Below, one piece after another: positions 1 to 10,906 of a stretch of 64,000 nucleotides of DNA. The notes beneath the pieces were generated by a model. That model was given only the letters and a program-made list of their open reading frames with translations, was not told where the DNA came from and made no database searches. The DNA is taken from IMG/VR virus record IMGVR_UViG_2648501420_000006, positions 7,710 through 71,709 of that record; one strand, written 5' to 3'. The position numbers and the translations under genes are program-made. The stretch comes from a virus (taxonomy: Duplodnaviria; Caudoviricetes). Positions within the stretch are counted from its first letter, which is position 1. The number at the start of each line of letters is the position of its first letter.

Positions 1-39
1 AGAGGCACGCGTCTCTCGGCCGGTAAGATCGATCTATTA

Positions 40-633
40 TTGTTGGACTTTTTATGGCATACAGAACGGCACGAACTCTGTCATCCAGCATCTCTCATTT
101 GTGAGAGTGAAGAAGTAGCAAAGAAAATGACTGAGAATTTAGAACAGCAGCCAGGGATTGCATTTGATATTGAAGAAGCTGAAGCAACCGCTGCCGATGA
201 TGTCATTAAACAGCGTGAAGAAACGCTGGCAAAAGAGCTTGCGGCAATGAAGCAGCGGAAACGTAAGTTAGTAGACCCTTTGCAATTTGAAATGAGTATA
301 CAGGCTGAAGATCTATCAAATTATGTGCCAGCATTTGGTTGGGAAATGGCACCACCATCAGAAAAGCAGCAAGCAGCATTGGAAAAGCTGGGAATCTTGC
401 CTGATCAGATTGATAACGCCGGTAAGGCAGCGAAGCTGCTGGATCGGTTAGATAAACGGCGCACTGAAGGACTGACAACACCAAAACAGATACGATTCCT
501 TGAGAATAAAGGTTTTCAACATGTAGGTACATGGCAATTTGAAACTGCAAAGCATTTGATTGATCGAATTGCTGCGAATGGCTGGAGTATTCCTCATGGA
601 ATCAATCCTCACGACTATAAAGAAGGAGATTAA
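40..633 (+). CDS. Phage DEAD/DEAH-box helicase, C-terminal part (5' truncated by window)
   Basis: LDFLWHTERHELCHPA...LTTPKQIRFLE...WQFETAKHLIDRIAANGW tail typical of Bacillota prophage SF2 helicases; directly upstream of primase. Confidence 0.75.
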   Translation: MLDFLWHTERHELCHPASLICESEEVAKKMTENLEQQPGIAFDIEEAEATAADDVIKQREETLAKELAAMKQRKRKLVDPLQFEMSIQAEDLSNYVPAFGWEMAPPSEKQQAALEKLGILPDQIDNAGKAAKLLDRLDKRRTEGLTTPKQIRFLENKGFQHVGTWQFETAKHLIDRIAANGWSIPHGINPHDYKEGD

Positions 634-638
634 ATAGC

Positions 639-2893
639 ATGGAACGTACTGATTTGCTGGAAATTCTAAAGCATATTGACCCATCACAATTAAATTATCA
701 GGAGTGGGTCAATGTAGGTATGGCGTTGAAACATGAAGGCTATACGGCAAGTGATTGGGATTTCTGGAGCCAGAACGATCCTGCTCGATATCATGCTGCT
801 GAATGTTTTAAAAAATGGGATACGTTTCAAGGTGCAGGAACCCCTGTCACTGGCGGAACAATTGTTCAGTTGGCTAAAGATCAAGGGTGGAATTTTGAAC
901 CGACAGAGAGCCGCGCCCTTGATTGGAATGATATGATATATCGCGATGAGTTAGTAATCATTGACAAGGATTGGATTGAAGACAAAGAAATTGTCGAGCC
1001 AGCACGATGGCAACCAGTACAAGAATTAATCAAATATTTGGAAACACTTTTCGACTCTTCTGATAAAGTCAGTTATGTTACTAAATGTTGGGAAAAAGAC
1101 GGTAAATACATGCCATCGAAAGGCGTATCAGATCGTACTGCTGGTCAATTGATTGAGTTGCTGAACAAATGCCAGGGTGACATTGGATCCGTCATAGGTG
1201 ATTACAATGAGACTGCAGGGGCATGGATACGATTTAATCCGATGGATGGAAAAGGGATTAAAGATGAAAATGTAGTTAGTTTTAAATATGCACTAATTGA
1301 GTCCGATGACTTAGAACTTGAAAAACAGAACGCAATTATCAGAGAACTTGAATTGCCGGTAGCATGTCTTGTATATAGCGGTAAAAAAAGTATTCATGCA
1401 ATAGTTAAAATTGAAGCTATAAATCATTCTGAATATGTTAATCGTGTTGATTATCTTTATAAAGTTTGTAAAAAAAATGGTCTTAAAATTGATACGGCCA
1501 ATAAAAATCCAAGCAGATTATCAAGAATGCCTGGTGTCATGAGAAATGGAAAAAAACAATTTTTAATGGATACCAATATTGGCAAGGACTCATGGAACGA
1601 ATGGCAAGAATGGATTGAATCAGTCAATGATGATCTACCTGAGCCGGAGAGTTTAAATGAGTATTGGGATGATTTACCTGCGCTGGCCCCTTCGCTGATT
1701 GATGGTGTGCTGCGGCAGGGGCACAAGATGCTGATTGCCGGCCCATCTAAGGCTGGTAAGTCATTTGCTCTTATAGAGATGTGTATTGCGATTGCGGAGG
1801 GTAAGAAGTGGTTTAACTGGCCCTGTGCAAAAGGAAAGGTACTGTATGTCAATTTAGAGCTTGATCGAGCCAGCTGCTTACATAGATTTAAAGATGTTTA
1901 TACATCACTTGGATGGGCTGCAGAAAGCTTGCGTAACATCGACATTTGGAACTTAAGAGGTAAATCTATACCGATGGATAAGCTGGCTCCCAAGTTGATC
2001 AGACGGGCTGCTAAAAAGAATTATATAGCCATCGTGATTGACCCGATTTATAAGGTCATTACTGGCGATGAGAATAGTGCTGATCAGATGGCGAATTTCT
2101 GCAATCAATTTGATAAAGTGTGTACTGAACTGGGCTGCGCTGTCATCTACTGCCATCATCATAGTAAAGGTAGTCAAGGCAGCAAGCGGTCAATGGATAG
2201 AGCTAGTGGCTCAGGAGTGTTTGCACGTGATCCTGATGCACTGCTAGATTTGATAGAGCTAGAAATCAGCGAAGACACATTGAAGCAGGAAAGTAATAAA
2301 GCGGTGTGTAGGTTGTGCATGAGCTGGTTGAAGAAGTACGGTAAAGAAGACCTAGCATCACAGGATGATGAATGTAGTGAAACTCAGATGCTGGCCATCT
2401 GCCGTATAAATCTAAAGGAAGTTTATGAAAGCATCATCGAAGAAGTTGCGGAAATCCGTAAAAAGTCGAAGCAATGACGGCATGGCGCATTGAAGGAACG
2501 CTGAGAGAGTTTCCTAAATTCGCGCCGGTAAATCTATGGTTTGATTATCCAGTGCATCGTGTGGATCGTATTGGTACGCTTAAGGACATCCAGTTGGATG
2601 ATGCTAATTACCGCAGTAAGAAAAAGAGTACGGTGTCGGTTGAAGACAAACAATTGAAAAAACAATCAGAATTGGAAAGTGCATTTACGTTTTGCGACAG
2701 CGAAGAAAACGGCGAAGTATCTGTCTCTGATTTGATTTCCCATATCGGTAAAAGTAGGAACTATGTTAAAGATTTAGTTGATGCAAATCCGAATTATGAA
2801 AGAGATAGAAAGGGCATGGTCAGAAAGGTGTCAAAGTGTCAAAAACAAAAAATGACATGTGACACTTGGGATGTCAAAGTGTCAAAAACATAA
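639..2893 (+). CDS. Primase-helicase (PriCT-2 + primase + RepA/AAA_25), frameshift near 2465 joins ORFs 639-2477 and 2474-2893
   Basis: N-terminal YQEWVNVGMALK (PriCT-2), YSGKKSIH, Walker A GPSKAGKS, Walker B IVIDP, YCHHHSKG, RASGSGVFARDPDA; second ORF has TAWRIEGTLREFP, the usual C-terminus of this family. Confidence 0.85.
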
Positions 2894-3045
2894 TTTGACA
2901 TGTGACATCAAGGTGTCAAAAAAGGTGTCAAAGTGTCAAATGACACCTATCTAAATGGCGCGGTGGGGTGTCAAAAATGGGGTGTCATAACCCCCTCTAA
3001 AGAGGGGGGTTATGACACACACCCACTTTTGACAGCCACACCCTT
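2829..3045. repeat. Iteron-like TGTCA/TGACA cluster and hairpin; putative replication origin
   Basis: About 16 TGTCA/TGACA copies; 37-bp imperfect direct repeat at 2829 and 2872; inverted repeat gtgtcataaccccctct-aa-agaggggggttatgacac. Confidence 0.6.
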
Positions 3046-3089
3046 TGGATTTTGTGACAGGAGAAGTAAAAAGAAGGAGAGTGTAACGT

Positions 3090-3287
3090 ATGAGAATAGC
3101 ATGTATGCCATTGGTAACAAATATACCTAAGCCAAGAGATCGAGGATGGGTCATGAAGAAGTGCCCAGTCTGCGGTTGCGATTGTTGGGAAAGCAACACG
3201 CTTAGAAATAGTCTGCGTGTTGGTATCGTCAAAGAAGCAGCCTGTACGGAATGTGCATTAAAGGCAATGGGCCAATCACATGACTGA
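3090..3287 (+). CDS. Small CxxC-containing hypothetical phage protein
   Basis: CPVCGCDC and CTEC motifs; RBS aaggag upstream. Confidence 0.55.
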   Translation: MRIACMPLVTNIPKPRDRGWVMKKCPVCGCDCWESNTLRNSLRVGIVKEAACTECALKAMGQSHD

Positions 3288-3660
3288 GTTCTTCATGGCA
3301 ATGGTGCCACCTACTGCAACGGCTCAGCAGCACAAGATCAGCAAGGGTCGGTTCTATGATCCGCCTGAGGTCAAGGCAGCCAGAGCAAAGTTGATGGCTA
3401 ATCTGGCACGATATGCCCCAGCGGATAAGTATACCAGTCCTGTGCGGTTAGTCACAAAATGGTGCTTCCCCATTACTGGCAAACATAAAGACGGCGAGTA
3501 TAAATACACTCGTCCTGACACGGATAACTTGCAGAAGCTGCTGAAGGATTGCATGACAGCTTGTGGTTACTGGGGAGATGACGCTTTAGTTTGCAGTGAA
3601 GTCATTGAAAAATTCTGGGCGGCAGTGCCGGGGATATACATTTGCGTTGAAGCGATTTAA
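3280..3660 (+). CDS. rusA: RusA-family Holliday junction resolvase
   Basis: YTRPDTDNLQKLLKDCMT...WGDDALVC..EKFW motif. Confidence 0.9.
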   Translation: MTEFFMAMVPPTATAQQHKISKGRFYDPPEVKAARAKLMANLARYAPADKYTSPVRLVTKWCFPITGKHKDGEYKYTRPDTDNLQKLLKDCMTACGYWGDDALVCSEVIEKFWAAVPGIYICVEAI

Positions 3661-3673
3661 GAGGTTTCAGAAA

Positions 3674-3880
3674 ATGGAAAATAAAAAATTGAATCATTAT
3701 AAACATGAGGATGGCGACAAAGTATGGTACATAGGAGCTATAAAAAATGTATTTAATGATTACTTCGACTCATCAGATTTAGGGCATATAGCACTGGTAA
3801 AATGCGGTTGGCTGTTTAAATCAAGAGACGAGGCAGAGGCCAATAAAGATAGAGTTTTTGAGGAGTATAAAATCGTTTAG
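3674..3880 (+). CDS. Hypothetical phage protein
   Basis: ORF in operon with gaggt RBS. Confidence 0.5.
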   Translation: MENKKLNHYKHEDGDKVWYIGAIKNVFNDYFDSSDLGHIALVKCGWLFKSRDEAEANKDRVFEEYKIV

Positions 3881-3894
3881 GAGGAAATAAAATC

Positions 3895-4128
3895 ATGATC
3901 ATGCGAAAGGAAAAAGATGGATTAGTTATCACAAAACATTTTGGAAGTACGTCCGAAGAAATTGTTACACTAGTGGAAAATAAAAAAAGTGGATATGTGA
4001 AAGAAATCATTGAACCGCTCAAGAAATACTCACAGCATCCAACAGGTTATAAAAATCAACTTTTAGAACAAGGATTTGAGTTAGTGAAAGTAGGTGGCCG
4101 TGATGACATTTGCGAAGCAATTGACTGA
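3895..4128 (+). CDS. Hypothetical phage protein
   Basis: Strong aggagg RBS, co-oriented. Confidence 0.55.
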   Translation: MIMRKEKDGLVITKHFGSTSEEIVTLVENKKSGYVKEIIEPLKKYSQHPTGYKNQLLEQGFELVKVGGRDDICEAID

Positions 4129-4537
4129 GTGTACAAATCCCACAATCAAAATTATTGCTCAGTATCTATTAAGCAGAGATGACATCAAGGATAAACTTGA
4201 TAACCCTAAGAAATCACTTGATGAAATGCTGCAATACATAACCGGTAAAGCATCTAAGCGTAAGACAGGTAATTGTGCCGTGATTGATGATGATACAGTT
4301 TATGGCTGGGCAGTCCACTACTATGATGAGGATGATATAAAAATTAATCACAATGTATCTGCAAATACAGCAGTTAGTCAGACAAATAATGCGGTCAAGA
4401 AAGCGGCACCTATTGTTAAACAAAAGCAGGTAGAAGTGTTAGCTCAGGAAGTGGGGATTAAGAAAATCAGAGCCGGTAAAGGTAAAAAAGATAAACCATG
4501 TGAAGGCCAGCAGAGCCTGTTTGGAGATCTGTTATGA
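4103..4537 (+). CDS. PcfK-like protein
   Basis: KKSLDEMLQYI...CAVIDDDTVYGWAVHYYDED motif; immediately upstream of PcfJ. Confidence 0.8.
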   Translation: MTFAKQLTECTNPTIKIIAQYLLSRDDIKDKLDNPKKSLDEMLQYITGKASKRKTGNCAVIDDDTVYGWAVHYYDEDDIKINHNVSANTAVSQTNNAVKKAAPIVKQKQVEVLAQEVGIKKIRAGKGKKDKPCEGQQSLFGDLL

Positions 4538-5991
4538 CTTGCAGGAAGAACTCTGAGGAGCTGAAGGAACTGGCTCAAGCTGATTTACCAATGCCAGAGG
4601 GAATCGTTGAATTTTGCTTGAATGAGATGTCTGTTTTAAAAAGTGCTTATGGTGGTAAAGTGAAGGATAAAAAAGAGTGGTACTTTAAATGCAGCGAATG
4701 CGGTGATATTACTCATCGTATAGAAAGATATACAAATGGAGAACAAGTACATTGCTCTAGCTGTGGTAAAGAGTTGAAGTTTATAAAGACAGATGTCAAT
4801 TCTTCAAATGATTATTTGGAATTGTCTTATGACGTGATTCAAAACTATAAAGGTAAATTGCTTTCAAGAACATTTAAATGTCAAAAAAGGATTAGCTCAA
4901 GGATAGACAGATATAAATTTGATATTAGAGAAGTCAAAAGAGTAATTGAGGGAAATACTTATTGTCTTATGGATTTTAGTGGCGATCGATTTATTTGGAA
5001 TGATTCCACAGGTACGCCGATACATATACTGCTGAATCGCAAATTTAAAGAAATGAAGCGAGGCAAGTATTGTCAGAATTATTTTTATGAACCGTTTCAT
5101 GGTTATAACCAAGCTGTACTAGAATCAGTTGGATTAAAGTATTGCCAATATGATGAGTACATGAAGCAAAGAAATATGAGTATCATTGATTATGTTAATT
5201 TGTATAGAGATCGTCCGAAAATAGAGCTGCTGGTAAAAGCAGGGTATCACTCAATGGTGGCATCCGCTCGTTATCTGAATCTAAAAGGTAAAAATTTTGA
5301 GCAAATCTTTGGTATAGCTTGCTATTGGGAGCTTATGTAAAGCAAGGCAGAGTTTCAATCATAGACATAAGGCACATAAAAAAGTATTCAATATCAACTT
5401 ATGAACAATTGAAGGGTATCAGAGTCGTCGAAGTAAAGTATGGATTCTTGCCTGATGAAATAAAAAAGCAAAAAAAATTCTGCGAGCATGTCTATCGTAA
5501 AGGCACTAACCACTCACTTTATGCTGATTACCTACGATGGTGTGTCGAACTTGGATATCCCCTATATGATACACGTATTCTTTATCCAAAAAGATCTTCA
5601 TAAAGCTCATGATGAAGTCTTTGAGGAGCATAAGAAAAACGAAAAAGAAAATCTTGCAAAAAGGTTTTGATGAATTTTATCAGAAGCTGAAAAAGTATAT
5701 TTATCAAGATGATAAATTGTGATTAAGCCGGCAAAATCACAACAAGAGTTGATCAATGAAAGTGAAACATTACATCACTGTGTCCGCAGTTATGCGGACC
5801 GGATGAGCAAAAAAGAAACTGCAATTTTCTTTATCAGAGAAAAAACTCAAGCAGATCGACCGCTTTATACTTTGGAACTCAAAGGTAAAAAGGTCATCCA
5901 AGCTAGAGGAAAGAATAACTGTCAGCTTGATCCTGAAGCTCAAGATTTTGTGAAGAAGTGGGAAAAGCGTTATAGGCTATCAGGATACTAA
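4534..5991 (+). CDS. PcfJ-domain protein (split into 4 ORFs by frameshifts)
   Basis: N-terminal CSECG/CSSCG zinc ribbon; YADYLRWC..LGY; C-terminal ELINESETLHHCVRSY...FFIR...PLYTLE...IQARGKNN. Confidence 0.85.
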
Positions 5992-6005
5992 ATGGAGGTA
6001 TAAAA

Positions 6006-6245
6006 ATGGCTAAAATATTAATTGATTATGACGACAAGATGACGAAGCCGAAGATTAAGCAAGGAGACTATGTTAATGGCCATCGCGTAGAGATGGTCGG
6101 TGTATTTGATGGAGAACCACACTATTTGATTGCATACTTTGATTGGGGTGTAAACAAGCCACAGAGTTTATCCTTGCCAGACCATCTTGTCAGGGATTAT
6201 GTATCAGCTGAAGATTTTGAAAAAGTGCGAAAGGTAATCCGATGA
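6006..6245 (+). CDS. Hypothetical phage protein
   Basis: ggaggt RBS, co-oriented. Confidence 0.55.
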   Translation: MAKILIDYDDKMTKPKIKQGDYVNGHRVEMVGVFDGEPHYLIAYFDWGVNKPQSLSLPDHLVRDYVSAEDFEKVRKVIR

Positions 6246-6594
6246 TGAACTCATTGATTGAAAAAATATCAGCACAGAATGGAACTCCGGTAGAAAAAAC
6301 AATGAAATTACTGCAATCATACAGAGACTTACAAAGAGGTAAAGAGATTGTAGACGATGATCGCATCTTGCTTGATATTATTAATCAATGCTTTGATGTT
6401 GTTAAAGACGACTATTATTATTTGATATTAGAGCAAATTTTAAAACAGGATTATCGATACACACCATCGCTAATAATCTAGACATCGATGAGCGTAAGGT
6501 ATGGAGGCAGCGTAAAAGATTGATACGCAGAATTTCAGTAATTATTTTTGGAGATAAAGCTATTAACGAGATAATAAAAAATGAGAACGATTAA
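6242..6594 (+). CDS. RinA/ArpU-like late transcriptional activator (frameshift near 6465)
   Basis: Second frame gives IANNLDIDERKVWRQRKRLIRRISVIIFG (C-terminal HTH); last early gene before promoter and repeat region. Confidence 0.6.
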
Positions 6595-6620
6595 ATAAAA
6601 TCGTTCTTTTATTTTGCAAA

Positions 6621-6711
6621 GTGACATTTTAGTGTCATTAAAGTGTCATTAAAGTGTCATTTTTTTGTCATAAAAAGGGCCATGTTTTAAGTTGATAAAA
6701 AAGCTTATAAT
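6621..6711 (+). promoter_or_regulatory. Late promoter with AGTGTCATT direct repeats (11-bp period) and TATAAT -10
   Basis: agtgtcatt at 6631, 6642, 6653; tgtcat at 6666; tataat 6706-6711 with no consensus -35 at 17 bp, consistent with activator dependence. Confidence 0.6.
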
Positions 6712-6826
6712 GGCATTGTGCTAAGGGGTTGGCACAATGATAACTTCTTTCCTTTCGTAAGATCAAGAGCATTACTGCTCTTGATCACTTATCATTGTTG
6801 CTGCCAGGCTGCCAGGAGGAATAAAA

Positions 6827-7009
6827 ATGAAACAATTAATTGACAAATTAACCGAACTATTAAAAGTAAAGAGCCTATGGAGCCTGTGTGCAATGGGGGT
6901 CTTTGTGGCTCTATCACTTACAAACAAAATAGATGCTGCAGTTACGTCCAGTGTGATCTCTGCCATTATTACATATTATTTTACTAAGCAGTCAAACGAG
7001 GTTCAGTAG
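6827..7009 (+). CDS. Holin-like small membrane protein
   Basis: 60 aa, two hydrophobic segments, VISAIITYYFTKQ end; upstream of lysin. Confidence 0.65.
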   Translation: MKQLIDKLTELLKVKSLWSLCAMGVFVALSLTNKIDAAVTSSVISAIITYYFTKQSNEVQ

Positions 7010-7303
7010 ATGGACAGTAATACATTTATGGGGCTGCTTGTCTTTGCACTGATCGCGCTCTGCGGAATCGCATGGAAATATAAAGATGAGCTTAAAAAGG
7101 ACAATAAGCCTATACAGGACCTTAATAGGAGTGTGATTGAACTTACGTTCACGCTCAAGCAGCTTAATCAGGATACAGTAAATTTAAAATCAAGAGTTGA
7201 TACTCACGGTACTGAGATTCATGCGTTACAGAGAGAGTGTGTCGACCATAAGGCTCGCATAGTAAATTTAGAAAAGCATTGCGATGACTTGCTGGAGGGA
7301 TAG
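7010..7303 (+). CDS. Membrane-anchored coiled-coil lysis accessory / holin-like protein
   Basis: N-terminal TM helix then coiled coil; between holin and amidase. Confidence 0.55.
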   Translation: MDSNTFMGLLVFALIALCGIAWKYKDELKKDNKPIQDLNRSVIELTFTLKQLNQDTVNLKSRVDTHGTEIHALQRECVDHKARIVNLEKHCDDLLEG

Positions 7304-7306
7304 ACT

Positions 7307-8484
7307 ATGGATGTTATTAAAAATTTAGTGGCTGAAGATAAATATAGCATTAAATGTCCGTATGCCATGACACCTGAATTTATCGTGGTGCATAACACAG
7401 CAAATGATGCTTCAGCGAGAAATGAAGTATCATACATGATTAGAAATGACAATCAAGTATCTTATCATTACGCGATTGATGATAAAGAAATTGTACAAGG
7501 TATTCCAGAGGATCGTAATGCTTGGCATGCCGGTGACGGCGCTAATGGGGTAGGAAATAGAAAAGGGATTGCCGTTGAAATTTGCTACTCTAAGAGTGGT
7601 GGCAAGCGTTTTGATGAAGCGGAAATCTTAGCAGCAAAATTTATAGCCTTTAAACTAAAAGAAAAAGGATGGGGAATTGAGAAGGTTAAGAAGCATCAAG
7701 ACTTTAGCGTGAAGTATTGTCCTCATCGCACGTTAGATATGGGATGGGTACGATTTTTAAATATGATACAAGCCGAACTCAATGAATTAAACAAAGATAA
7801 CGGTATTGCTATTATGGGTAAATCTGTTAAAAGTGCAGCCGCTTTGCAAGCTGAACTGCAGAGTAAAAATCCCACACTCAATCCAAGATTTAAGGATATT
7901 GCAAACACCTATTTAAAGATAGGCGCTAAATACAACGTAAAAGGCGACATTGCTTTTTGTCAGATGGCACACGAGACAGGATGGCTAAGTTTGGAGGCCA
8001 AGTATCAGAGAGTCAAAATAACTTTGCTGGCATAGGTGCTACCAACGGTGGTGCCAAAGGTGCTGTATTTGCATCTATTGAGGATGGAGTTACGGCCCAT
8101 ATACAGCACTTATATGCATATGCCTCATCGTTAGATTTACCTAAAGGTGAGTATTTGATTGACCCACGATTTAATCTCGTAAAGCGTGGCATTGCGCCAT
8201 ACTGGACAGATTTAAACGGGCGCTGGGCGGTGCCCGGTACTACTTATGGTCAATCTATTTTAAAAATCTATGCTGCCATTACAGATATCAAGAGTGATTA
8301 TCCAAAGTGGCGAGCATTTGGCAATAAGTGGTATTACTATACATCAGCAGATGATTATGCTAAAGCATCTGCAGGCCAACTTAGATGGATCAATGACAAC
8401 GGTAAACGATATCTTGTCGATGAGTCTGGTGCTATGCTTGCTAATGTAGCTATTAATAAGAGTGGCGAGGTCAATGGCTGCTAA
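7307..8484 (+). CDS. Endolysin: Amidase_2 + glucosaminidase-like domain + short cell-wall binding repeats (frameshift near 7990)
   Basis: IVVHNTAN, SYHYAIDD, NAWHAGDG, IAVEICYS, HQDFSVKYCPH; then AFCQMAHETG / QNNFAGIGAT; KWYYY repeat. Confidence 0.9.
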
Positions 8485-8969
8485 TAAAGGTCGTAAAAAT
8501 GCATATGAGTCAAAAATTAGGAGCAGGTTTGCAGATATAGAGGTATGGGTCAAAAAAGGCTTTACTCAGCGGTCAATCGCTAATAAGTTAGGTATTGCAT
8601 ACTCAACATTTAATAAATACAAAGTTGAAAAAACAGAATTTGCGGAACTGTTAAAAAAAGGTCGTGAATACACTGTTGATGATGTTGAAAATGCTATGTA
8701 TTTAAGTGCGCTTGGCGGTAAGCAAACTGTTAAGAAGGGTATGAAAGTAAAGAATGTCATTTACTCTGAAACTGGAAAAAGATTGCAGGAAACAGAAACT
8801 GTTGAGCTGTATGAAGAGGAAGTATATATCCCGCCAAATACAACGGCTGGAATATTTTTATTAAAGTGCTGGGGTAAAGATAGAGGTTATACTAATGATC
8901 CAGCACTGTTAGAGTTAAAAAAGAAAAGAGCTTGAGCTGAAGGAAAAAGCTCATGACGACGAATGGTAA
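8474..8969 (+). CDS. HTH DNA-binding protein, terminase-small-subunit-like (frameshift near 8920)
   Basis: GFTQRSIANKLGIAYSTFNKYK HTH; VENAMYLSALG; PPNTTAGIFLLK motif. Confidence 0.65.
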
Positions 8970-8981
8970 GGAGGAAATCCA

Positions 8982-9338
8982 TTGAACGGAAAAGTATATG
9001 TAATTGACGATAGCAAATCATTTGTAGAAGGCATGAGCAGGGCGCAAATTATGGAGTATGTCAGCGCCGGCAAAGCTTTACAGGTAAAAGTGCCGGCAGC
9101 AGCTTGGAGTGGCTCAGAAGCGCCGTATGTTGCTGACATCACTGGTAGTTTTTCAGCAAATGATGCAGTCAATGTTTATCCTATATTTAGCCAAGATAAC
9201 TACATCAATGAGCAGCTTGCTTATGATAAATTGAGTTACACAGAGAGTTATGACGGCGGTGTAAAGATTTATGCAGAAGCTGCAACAAAACCGGCGACAG
9301 ATTTAGTCATAGGATTGGAGGTGAAATTATGGCAATAG
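8982..9338 (+). CDS. Tail-tip adaptor-like beta domain protein
   Basis: VPAAAWSGSEAPY...GVKIYAEAATKPATDLVI resembles the C-terminal domain of 56768-57211. Confidence 0.5.
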   Translation: MNGKVYVIDDSKSFVEGMSRAQIMEYVSAGKALQVKVPAAAWSGSEAPYVADITGSFSANDAVNVYPIFSQDNYINEQLAYDKLSYTESYDGGVKIYAEAATKPATDLVIGLEVKLWQ

Positions 9339-10900
9339 GTTGTATAATTGGAAAATCTTCTCAAATCGGGGGGGGGGGTACTAATACATCTTTAATTAGT
9401 GATTTTATATCCCGTGGTATCTATTGGCACAAGCCGGCAATCTGCGGCCATTTAAAAATTTGGAAAACGAGAATGTTGTTGAACCATATTTCACAGGTTT
9501 ATATACTTGTGCTTATACAAAAAATTATTTTGTATTTTTACAGCAAGCAAGTGACGATGTATATATTTACATCGAAATATATAAGCTTGAAACATGGGAA
9601 ACTGTATTAAAAAGGAAAATGTTTACTGAATATTCGAACAAATCGGTATTGGGAAGTTATATTGCTTTAAACATGACGTATGAGGATGATGTTTATTTGA
9701 TTGCTAGTGATTTTTCGTCGATATTGAATATAAGGATTGATGAGACTCAAGCAAACAAATATGTATTTAATCTGATTACGCTGCCAAGAAAAATGACTGA
9801 TTATGTGTCGATTTGTACGCTTGGTAATACTGCGTATATGTTTGGATTTAGGACAGACGGAGGTACATCATCAAGCGCAAACACTACCTACACAAGCATT
9901 ATTAAATTTGATGCTCAGGCAAAAGCCGTTACGGTATTAGGCGTAAATACAAGCGACATGGGTTTCAATGTTGGTGGTCAAAATTCAAGTAACGCGCAAA
10001 CATCGTCCGGGGTTTACGGATGTTTTCCTTATGGCGATAATGAAATCATGATTTTTGGTAAGCACGCTGATACCGAATTAAAGACAACGCGTATGGTTTT
10101 ATATAACACCTTAACAGGTGAAAACAAAAATGTTACTGACGATCCTGAATATACTTATCTAAAAAAATTAAACACATTCAGCACCTTATTCAATAATTCG
10201 ACAAGCAATATTAAAAGCGCAAGAAATCATGTATCTACAAATGGTTTAGTTCTATATTCAACTTCGAACTCAATAACTATTCCAACTGGTAACGGTAATT
10301 CAAACAATAACAAATGGTATTTGGATAATAAAAATTCTGCCCATATTACCTTGCGATTACATATTGTCGTTGATACTAAAGATAAAAAATTGTTTAGTAC
10401 CTGGATTCCAGAAATGACACCGTCTTCTGTGTACTACAGCAGCTCTTATAGCGGCGGAAGATATGGACTTTCTTACAAATGGTTAAGCGCTGATGGAACA
10501 TTTAGACAGGTGCCTTCAGGAGCTAATACAACCGGTATTGATATTCGGCGATCACTTGTATATGACTTAAATCGTAAATCAATCAAGGCGTTTTCGATGG
10601 ATACAACTGATACAAAGTTGAGGGCTGTTGGTGCAATGATGATAGACTTTGTGGTGGTTGTAAAAAAGGAGTACAGGTTAAACCATTTTCCGAGATACCA
10701 TCGCCCATGCAAGTGCGCTTCGTGCGGCCGTCAAATCTCAGTATCATTAACATCGAACCTGACGGTGAAGGTTATTACGAGGCGCCCGAAGAATGTTATT
10801 TATACATGGCGATTGAAAATGACAGGGTCATTAAGCGTCAACATATCCTTTAGATGGGTATCCATACATCGATGAGCAGCCATTTAAATTTTGGTACGAT
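9329..10900 (+). CDS. Putative receptor-binding/tail fibre protein A with kelch-like repeats (frameshifts near 9410, 10665, 10850)
   Basis: Close paralogue of 58878-60439, which lies in the fibre block of prophage 2; LPRKMTDYVSICTLGNTAYMFG kelch-like motif. Confidence 0.6.
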
Positions 10901-10906
10901 AAGGAG

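Noticed and set aside
2829-3045. CRISPR array
   Set aside because: Repeats are short, irregular, in both orientations and lack unique spacers; no cas genes in the window
4103-4537. Firm anti-CRISPR (AcrIIA9) call
   Set aside because: Only PcfK-like motifs are recognisable by eye; activity cannot be inferred from that
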